Shown here: in pieces, positions 55,200-64,000 of the stretch
Position numbering within the stretch: the stretch's first letter is position 1
Layout: every line of letters begins with the position of its first letter
Assembly (NCBI GenBank): GCA_951406725.2
Contig: OX597817.1
Span: forward strand, 65,782,001 to 65,846,000
DNA: 64,000 bases
Direction of reading: 5' to 3'
Source of the DNA: Octopus vulgaris
Taxonomy: Eukaryota
Notes under the pieces: generated by a model
The model's database searches: none
Told to the model about the DNA's origin: nothing
What the model saw: the letters and a program-made list of their open reading frames with translations, nothing else
Made by a program: the position numbers and the translations under genes

Positions 55200-55398
55200 C
55201 CCAGGCAGGTGGGATTTGAAATTAGAATGTAAAACATTTCTGCCGACGCACCGACGATTCTGTCACTCGCCCACTCGCAGAGCAACGGGAAATGAAAGGT
55301 TTTGCTCAAGAACACAATGCACCGTCCGGTCTGGGAATCGAAGACAAGATCTAGAGATCACGAGTGCTATACCCTAGCGACTAGACCACATCTCTTCA
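55200..55398 (-). mobile_element. SINE (family B/D-type head)
   Basis: Minus strand: TGGTCTAGTCGCTAGGGT..CTTCGATTCCCAGACCGG..TTGTGTTCTTGAGCAAAAC, similar to the heads at 5417 and 60215. Confidence 0.6.
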
Positions 55399-55690
55399 CA
55401 TGCATACATAGATACATACACACTCACATACATATATATTCATACACACACACGCATGCACACATACACACAGACACACACACACACACACACACATAAT
55501 TATTAATAATAGTATGAATTTTAACTATTTTTAGCCTCCAGCGAAGCGTACACAGAATTACCCATCGGGAGAATTCACAAAGTGACTAGTACAGACGACA
55601 AATACTGATCAAAGTGGTTAGCCGTTAACTGGAACTTAACTGAGTGCTAATACGGTATGACCTGGATTATATATCGCTCCAAACTCATAT

Positions 55691-55917
55691 ACTCTTTACT
55701 CTTTTACTCTTTTACTTGTTTCAGTCATTTGACTGCGGCCATGCTGGAGCACCGCCTTTAGTCGAACAAATCGACCCCGGGACTTATTCTTTGTAAGCCC
55801 AGTACTTATTCTATCGGTCTCTTTTTGCTGAACCGCTAAGTGACGGGGACGTAAACACACCAGCATCAGTTGTCAAGCAATGCTAGGGGGACAAACACAG
55901 ACACACAAACACACACG

Positions 55918-55991
<74 letters not shown>

Positions 55992-56154
55992 TACGGCGGG
56001 CATCTTTCAGTTTCCGTCTACCAAATCCACTCACAAGGCTTTGGTCGGCCCGAGGCTATAGTAGAACACTTGCCCAAGATGCCACGCAGTGGGACTGAAC
56101 CCGGAACCATGTGGTTGGTAGGCAAGCTACTTACCACACAGCCACTCCTGCGCC
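55691..56154 (-). mobile_element. SINE family A, full length
   Basis: As 36481-36893. Confidence 0.93.
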
Positions 56155-56166
56155 TATATATATATA

Positions 56167-56373
56167 CTTTTATTCTTTTACTTGCATATCATTTTGACGG
56201 TAGCCATGCTGGATCACCACCTTTTAGCCGAAGAAATCGACTCCTGGACTTACTCTTTGTAAGCCTGGTCCTTATTCTATCGGTCTATTTTGCTGAACCA
56301 CTATGTTATGGGGACGTAAACACACCAACATCGATTGTCAAGCGATAGTGGGAAGACAAACACAGTCAGAAAT

Positions 56374-56405
<32 letters not shown>

Positions 56406-56522
56406 TGGTGCAGGCGTGGCTGTGTGATAAGAAGCTTGCTTTCCAACCACGTGGTTTCGGGTTCAGTCCCACTGCGTGACACCTTGAGCAACTGTCTTCC
56501 ACTATAGCCTTCGGCCGACTAA
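56167..56522. mobile_element. Two SINE family A fragments (3' part on minus 56167-56385; 5' part on plus 56407-56522)
   Basis: Matches to the family head and tail in opposite orientations. Confidence 0.8.
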
Positions 56523-56628
56523 ATCAAATATGTATTTGATAGAATTCTGCCAGTCTGGTTAAAGCCAGATTATCAACTATGTCGGTGTATTTGAACTTAG
56601 TCCGAAAAAAGGAAATCATGTGATGATG

Positions 56629-56717
<89 letters not shown>

Positions 56718-56740
56718 AATGATAATAATAATAATAATAA

Positions 56741-56954
56741 TCCTTTCTACTAAAGGCACAAGGCTTGGAATTTGGGGGGACAGTACTAGTCGATTACATC
56801 GACCCCAGTGTTTCACTGGTACTTAATTTATCGACCTCAAAAGGATGAAAGGAAAGTCAACCTCAGCGGTATTTGAACTCAGAACGGAGGAGCACACGAA
56901 ATACCGCTATGCATTGTGCCCTGCTTACTAACGATTCTGTCAACTCACTGCCTT
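56741..56954 (-). mobile_element. SINE family C embedded in (TAA)n
   Basis: Family motifs; (TAA)n on both sides. Confidence 0.85.
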
Positions 56955-56956
56955 AC

Positions 56957-57020
<64 letters not shown>

Positions 57021-57021
<1 letters not shown>

Positions 57022-57483
57022 GAGAAAGCAACCATACTCTGGGATATGCCGATACACACAGATAGAGAAATTAAGGCCAACAGACCAGATATAGTTGTCA
57101 GAGATCATGAAGAAAAAAAAATGCTTTCTACCAGCAGATGACAACGTGTCTCTAAAAGAAATGGAGAAACTTTCAAAATACAAAGACCTGGAAATAGAGG
57201 TAACCAGAATGTGGAATCTAAAAACAGAAACAATTCCTATCATAGTAGGTGCATTAGGCATGATAAAAAAATATTCAGACAAATACATAACAAAAACACC
57301 AGGACTTACAAACACATATAACATACAGAAAATTGCACTACTAGGCACTGCACACATCCTACGCAGAACACTTTCCATACAATAACCATCAGAGCATCAC
57401 AACAAATCACAGCACATACCCAAGGCACACAGAGCTGCGCTCGGTAGTGAAGTGAAAGCACGCTGTAAAAATAAAACTATTGA
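57021..57483 (+). mobile_element. R4/Dong-clade retrotransposon, TAA lineage, 3' fragment
   Basis: ILWDMPIHTDREIKANRPDIVVRD, KEMEKLSKYKDLEIEVTRMWNLKTETIPIIVGALG, IQKIALLGTAHILRRTL; (TAA)n on both sides. Confidence 0.92.
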
Positions 57484-57510
57484 ATAATAATGATAATAAT
57501 AATAATAATA

Positions 57511-59172
57511 TAGGAAAGAAGGAAATCAGCAAAAAAAATTAGCAACTGGAAGGCCCCGGGACCAGATGGAATTCAAGGCTACTGGATCAAAAGATTTGGT
57601 GAATGTCATGCACAAACAGCTGCGCAACTCAACTCCTTGTTAAATGTCGACCAAGTAACACCAGAGTGGTTGACATTAGGTAAGACAGTGCTATGCTTGA
57701 AAAACATCGAAAAAAGCAATACGGTAGACAATTACAGGCCGATATCCTGCTTGCTACTTATGTGGAAATTATTGACTGGAATACTCGCAGAGACGATGTA
57801 CGAACATCTGGAAAAAAATGGTGCCCCGCCACATGAGCAGAAGGTTTGCAAGCGTAAGTGTAGAGGTACCAAGGATCAACTCCTGATAGACAAAACTGTA
57901 TTTAGAGACTGCAAGAGGAGGAAAAGTAACTTAGCCATGTCATGGATCGACTATCGTAAGGCGTACGATATGATACCACATTCTTGGATTATGGAATGTA
58001 AGATGGGTAATTCTGTGTACGCTGCGAATAGGTATTCGATGCAATACCTATTGGTATTGCATCGAATGTTGAGTGATTGCTTGGAAAAAGTATGGCGAAT
58101 TGAAGGACGGACCTGACAACATACGGAAGAAGTTTAGGGACAGTAGAAATCAGAAGGGGCATCTTCCAAGGGGATTACCTGTCCCCACTGGTCTTTGTAC
58201 TGTGCTTGATACCACTAACACTGATTCTGAGGAAAGCAAAATCTAGGTATGTATTCAAAAGCCGCCAAAAAAAAGTCGACCATTTGTTATTCATGGATGA
58301 CCTCAAACTTTATTGTAACGATGAATCCAAAGTCAGTTTCGTCGTTGATACGGAGTATACTTTCAGTATTGATATCAGAATGGAGTTCGGACTAAGAAAG
58401 TGTAGTGTGTTTGTCTTGAAGAGAGACAAAATCAAATTTATGGACTGGCTATCGATACCGTCGGGGGGGGGGGGGAGGTTATGAAACAGAAGAGATGGAC
58501 TATAAGAACTTGGGGATTTTGGAAATGGATAAATTGATGGAGAAAGAAATGACAGAAAAATTTAAGGTGGAGTACCTGCGCAGACTAAGACTGATCCTTA
58601 AGTCGAAATCAAACGGATGGAATAAAATTGAAGCTATCAACACCTGGGCGGTTTCACTCCTTTGACATGGAGCAGGGGTAATCACATGGACAGTATACAA
58701 ACTAAACAGCTTAGACAGAAAGACAAAGAAGTTGCTAACTATATATGTGTAGCTCCACCCAAAAAGTGACACAGAAAGGACTGTAAGTACCAAGAAAAAG
58801 AAGGAGGAGAGGACTTATTGGATGGGAACACAGCATTAGAGTAGAAGAAAACAACATAGCATGGTATGTAAAACATGCTACAGAACCGCTATTGTTAGAA
58901 GTAAGAAGGTCGGGCCTGTGTATGCTGAAAGATTGCAAAGATAAAGCAATGTACAAGCAATTGAAAACGAATGAAACTGAAAATAGGTGGGTAAAGATAA
59001 GAATGCATGGACAATTTCATAGGGATGTTGAAGATAAGACAGACAGAGAAAAAAGATGGCTGTGGATGACTAAAAGGGATTTAAAACTGAAAACGGAGTC
59101 TCTAATCTGTGCTACCCAAGAGCAAGCGCTAAGAACAAATTACATAAGATACAGAATAGACAACACATCAGA
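57511..59172 (+). mobile_element. R4/Dong-clade retrotransposon, reverse transcriptase region, decayed
   Basis: [95 protein letters not shown]; starts after (TAA)n. Confidence 0.93.
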
Positions 59173-59329
59173 AAGGCCTTCCTTTAAAAGTCTAGCTTCA
59201 TTTTCGCTATTACAACCAGAGTTTTTCGGAAAATCCTCTCTCTCATAAACTGAGGTAAGGTAACGTTCGTCACCATCGTCATCACTACTATTATTTTTCG
59301 ACATTTGATAGTTTCAAGCAACTTTCTAT

Positions 59330-59900
59330 TGCATCATTCGTTGCACCTTTGTGCTGGTGGAATTGTGTGTGCTGCATTTTTTGGGGTGGGAGATGTTGTA
59401 TTGTATCAGTATGTTTTGTTATGGGGCTTGGTTTGATTTTTCTGTTGCATTAGTTTGTGTATCGTGTGTTGTTTGTGCAGCGCAGGTTGTGTTCTTCTGT
59501 CGGGTATCGACCTTCTATGGCACATCCCGTGGGTCCTGTTCATTTTGTTGGGTATCTACAGTATGAGTTTATTCCTGTATGCTTTTGGAGAAGTGCTGCA
59601 TAGTAGTATGTAAATCATAAATCAACTATTTCATAGTATTTATGGTTATCTGTCCACCGTTCTTTCTCTTTTGGTTGCATTTGTTATGGGTTTCTTTTTA
59701 CAGCATTTACTTTTTTAACTGAACACAGTCTATGGACATGTGTTGATGTTTCTTTCGTAGTTATAATTATTATTGATGTATCAGCGAGAGCCCGAGAAGA
59801 AAACAGCAATGTGCATTTAGAGAGAGGTCTTTTATAAATAGGGATGTATATGTAATTAAAATTTTTAATTTTAAATATTTAAAAGTTTTTAAATATAATA
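59330..59900 (-). mobile_element. Possible 5' end of another R4/Dong-like element
   Basis: Minus strand begins after (AAT)n; KRKRT..YYYA resembles the R4 N-terminal WT..Y..YY motif; weak. Confidence 0.3.
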
Positions 59901-60121
59901 TTGTTATTATTATTATTATTATCATCATCATCATGAATAATAATAACAACAACAACAACAACAACAATAATAATAATAATAACAACAACAACAACAACAA
60001 CAATAACAATAACAACAACAACAATAATAATAATAATAATAACAACAACAACAACAACAACAACAACAATAATAATAATAACAACAACAACAACAATGAT
60101 AATAATAATAATAATAATAAT

Positions 60122-60214
<93 letters not shown>
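59900..60214. repeat. (TTA/TCA)n then long (AAT/AAC)n array
   Basis: Directly visible. Confidence 0.95.
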
Positions 60215-60215
<1 letters not shown>

Positions 60216-60468
60216 GTTAGGGTGCTGCACTCACGTTTGCGAGATCGTGCTTTGAATATCTAAACCGGTTGGTGTGTTGTGTTCTTGAGCAAAAACACTT
60301 CATCTCACGTTGTTCTTTGGTCACTTCGACATCTGACTCGTAGTACACAGTGCACCTGTTCAGACAACGTCGATTTGATGGAGAGAGGGCGCTAATGTAC
60401 AGCACATGCATTTGACCACTATAAACAAATCATTTGTACAAGTCGTTCGGCAAAAGCTGAACACTCAT
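60215..60468 (+). mobile_element. SINE family D
   Basis: GGTTAGGGTGCTGCACTCACG head and GTGTTGTGTTCTTGAGCAAAAACACTTCATCTCACGTTG central block shared with family B; different 3' half. Confidence 0.65.
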
Positions 60469-60516
60469 ACGTCGGCATCGACGGGGAGTCCCTCATCATC
60501 ATCATCATCATCATCA

Positions 60517-60560
<44 letters not shown>

Positions 60561-61087
60561 GTTGTTGTTGTTATTGTTGTTGTTGTTGTTACTGTTGTTG
60601 TTATCATCATTATCATCATCATCATCATCATCATCATTATAATCATCATCATCATCATCATCATTATTATTATTCGTTTTTCCAATAATTCCTCGAAGCA
60701 CATGATTTGCATCTCCTAAAATACTACATAGAATAGTATTTTTTAACTTATTCGAACACAGTAAATTTTGAATAACTTTTGAAGGTCTATCCATAAAAGG
60801 TTCTGAGAAAAAATAAGGTTTATATTTTTTTGTTATTTTGTCTACATATAAAAAATGGCCGCGAGAAGTCCTAGTAACTTCCATGAAAGAAAAATTAAAA
60901 GCCAAGAATATCACAGACAGAATACACAAAAATTAAGAAAGCATTCTATAGTAAGACACAAACGTTGGGAAAATGTAAGAAAAAGAATTCAACAACTACT
61001 CCATTGAAAGCACCACTAATATGAATAATGCTATCGATATTTTTGGCAACAACAACAACTTCATCGACGACGATATTCGCACACACC

Positions 61088-61123
<36 letters not shown>

Positions 61124-61892
61124 CGTGCGTACATACAATGCCAAGCGAAACAATGCACTTTTGATAATGGAAGTTTCGCATGTGTTATCAATGAAACTGA
61201 GGAATTTCACATAAACCCAACTAAAAGAAAAAATGGATAGTCTGAGAAAATTATGTCAAGTTATGCAGTCTCTCCTTAGCAGAATAATATATACAATAAG
61301 CAAAGATGTAAGTCGCATGTTTGTGCATTCTATAAAATTTATGGTGGAGGAAGCTTTCACTTATCAATGAAATAGCTACCGCACGAGGCCCTGTCTGACA
61401 TGTAGAGAAAAATATAACGCATTATGAGCTACTAGGTTGTCTGCTTGGGATTTAGAACCAAGGACACTCAAGAAGACAAGCTGAAATTGTAAGATACACA
61501 TTCACTCTTGCATTTGTTCCCCAACACTTAAGTCAGCAAAACACATTTGTGACGGTCTGATGTATCAACCATGATGTTGGTACATGGAATTTTGCCCTCT
61601 TTGTATCACAGAATAAGTAGATCATCAGTGCAGAAGTGACGAGATGAGATATGTAGTCGGGGTGCCACAAGTCTTGATGATTTGCGGCATCCTGACTACA
61701 TATCTCTTTTAATCGAAGACCTTACAGGAGTAGAAGGACATGAGACTGATTCAGGGTAAGAGCCCCCCCCACACACACACACACACATACACACATACAT
61801 GCGTACATACAATGCCAAACGAAACAATGCACTTTTGATAATGGAAGTTTTGCATGTGTTACCAATGAAACTGAGGAATTTCACGTAAACCC

Positions 61893-62740
61893 ATAAAATT
61901 ATTAAAACCACAAACAAACAGCCAAAATCACTAAAGCGGATACTGACAAATGTAAAACTATACTCAAAAATAACGGAAGCAGAGTTAAAAAATGGAGACA
62001 ACCAAACTGTGGAACATGTGCCAACAAAATGGAAGGTTCAGAATTCCATTTTATACAAGGACAAAAATTTAAAATTAAAACTGACTTCACTTGTGCCTCT
62101 GAAAATCTCATCGACGTCATAACATGTTCCGGTTGCAATAGGCACTATATAGGCTCAGCATGAATGTCCCTCAGACGTAGATCTACACTATGCAGACAAA
62201 AAATCTATCACCCCCAATATCATCGAGTACCACTCAGTAATCACATAGACAGATGTGCTAAGGAACGCCAACCACAATTCACAATATTCCCACTTTCCCA
62301 ATGCATGGAAAGGACCTCAACTCAACAACGACTAAATAAAGATGCCACATTTATTGAAAAATACAAACCAGAACTTAACATGAATATATCATGGAATTCA
62401 CAAATAAAAAAAAAAACAATAAGAAAAAAGGAAAAGAGTTTTTCTTCCCCTTTGCTAAGAAATATTATATACACTGAATATCCCTTTAGATAATAAAAAA
62501 AACACATTATATTCACTGATTATACCGCTTGAGCTATACTTTCCTGCATAAACACACAACTTTCATACCTGCTAGTATGAAAGATTAAATCTAAAATTAT
62601 TATGATTTCATAACATTGAGTCATGATTAACGAAGCGAAACCGGTCTCTATTATACGTCGGTTTTCAAAAATAATATGTGGAAAAATAAAAATCAAGTTA
62701 AGTCATTTTACTCAACTTTACCTCTGTCCGCCACCAATAT
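61893..62740 (+). mobile_element. Penelope-like element (Cys-linker type), GIY-YIG region plus 3' terminal repeat
   Basis: QPKSLKRILT, CGTC, FTCASENLIDVITCSGCNRHYIGS, FIEKYKPELN; downstream GCGAAACCGGTC and AATAAA. Confidence 0.85.
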
Positions 62741-62879
62741 TGGAATCGTAAAATCATTAGGAAACCGTTAAAAGCACATAAAATCATCATACTGTACAAT
62801 AAATAAGAATAAAAGCATATAAAATCATATTAAGATACGTACAGTAAATGTTAAGATACACACCGTAATGTAGTGTAGT

Positions 62880-63990
62880 AGGTTGAATCGTCAGCGTGCT
62901 ACTATTAGTCAAGAATCATTCAAGAGAAAGTGTTGTCTTTGGTTAAGGACCTGAAGAAAAAATATCCAGATGAGGAAGATGTTGAGTCCAAGGCAAGTCA
63001 AGGATGGTTTGTGAGATTTAAGGAGCGAAGAAGTTGTCACTCCATTAAGAAGTAAGGTGAAAGTGCATCAGCTAACGAAGAAGCAACAGCGGAATTTCCT
63101 AATCCATTAGAAAGTACTGTAAGAAGAAGGGGATTCATTTTAAGATTTTACTTATCTTAGATAATGCTCCTGGCCATCCGCAAAACACCGGAGATTTGGA
63201 CCTCAACGTTGGACCTCAACGTATACCTCCCTCCGAACACTACGTCACTTCTGCAGCTAGTGGATCAGGGAATAATTACTATCTTCAAGACTTGGCTGGG
63301 TGAAGTTCAGGGAATGTGGAGTGTTGTTATATGGGAAAAGGTTCTCATTAAAGATGAAAGGAAGCGTTACTATATGAAGCGTACGCCGCGGCAAGCAGTA
63401 GCTGCAACTGATCTTGATGAGTCCGTGACTTTTGGAAGAGATACATCTACAAGGCTGTACAAAACATAGCAGCAGCATGGAATGATGTACAGAGCACGGC
63501 TATGAATGGTGTATGGAAGAAGCGATGCCTGCAATTCGTGAATGATTTTAAGCGGTTTGATAATGTTGCCATCAGCAAAACTACAAGCAAAGAACTGGAA
63601 ATGGATTCGGAGGAGAATTTCAGATTTATCTGATAGAGCTTCACGAGCAGCAAGATAAAGAAGAGGAAGTCGAACCTGAGCCACGTCACTTTACCATGCA
63701 AGCATTTGCATATATCGAAAAAAGTTTTTCTATGTTCGTGGATATGGACCCAAATGCTCAACGCTTTTCCAAGACTATGAGGGCTTGTTACAAAGCTTTT
63801 GCTCCTTATAATGTAATCCTTGAGGAAAAGAATAAGAAGACAGTTCAAGGAGCTCTCAACCGGTTTTTTAAGCGCATCGAACAACAAGAACAGCCAGAGA
63901 CAGCTGTTGACGTTGACGATTCACAGCCATTTACATCCGTAGTGTAAACCACCAAATTGTATGTACGTATTGGTAAATTTTAAATAATTT
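62880..63990 (+). mobile_element. Tigger1/TIGD1-like pogo transposon, internally deleted
   Basis: KASQGWFVRFKER..GESASANEEA (CENP-B HTH), ILLILDNAPGHP, YLPPNTTSLLQLVDQGII, C-terminal MDPNAQR..EEKNKKTVQGALNRFFK. Confidence 0.88.
63290..63364 (+). mobile_element. 75-bp internal RTE-clade LINE fragment captured inside the Tigger ORF
   Basis: Alternative frame reads GWVKFRECGVLLYGKRFSLKMKG; removing it restores Tigger IFK|RYYMKRT; AAG at both junctions. Confidence 0.7.
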
Positions 63991-64000
63991 AGTTTTTTTT

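Noticed and set aside
59172-59310. Minus-strand acidic peptide start MSKNNSSDDDGDERY
   Set aside because: Short and truncated by the adjacent element; it cannot be assigned to a family.

Overview
Eukaryotic, AT-rich, extremely microsatellite-dense non-coding DNA with the repeat landscape typical of a coleoid cephalopod (Octopus-like; this assignment is inferred from repeat types). I found no host protein-coding exon I can support. Almost every ORF in the supplied track is either a translated microsatellite or a decayed transposon fragment, so the window is probably intronic or intergenic. Recognisable content: (1) many tRNA-derived SINEs of at least four families; (2) decayed R4/Dong-clade non-LTR retrotransposons with a restriction-like endonuclease, forming two distinct lineages, one always embedded in (TAA)n and one always in (TACA)n with fixed strand polarity; (3) Penelope-like (GIY-YIG) fragments and pLTR-like ends with degenerate hammerhead motifs; (4) DNA transposon relics (maT/DD37D-like, Hsmar1-like mariner, two Tigger/pogo, a possible piggyBac); (5) several palindromic MITE-like elements, local templated duplications, a degenerate minisatellite and a double CRE palindrome. 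The strongest candidates for undescribed biology are a (TACA)n-targeting R4-clade retrotransposon lineage that carries its own target in its 3' UTR, and a tRNA-headed SINE with Penelope-type end structure. All calls were made by eye; boundaries are approximate (+/- tens of bp) unless a TSD or TIR is quoted.
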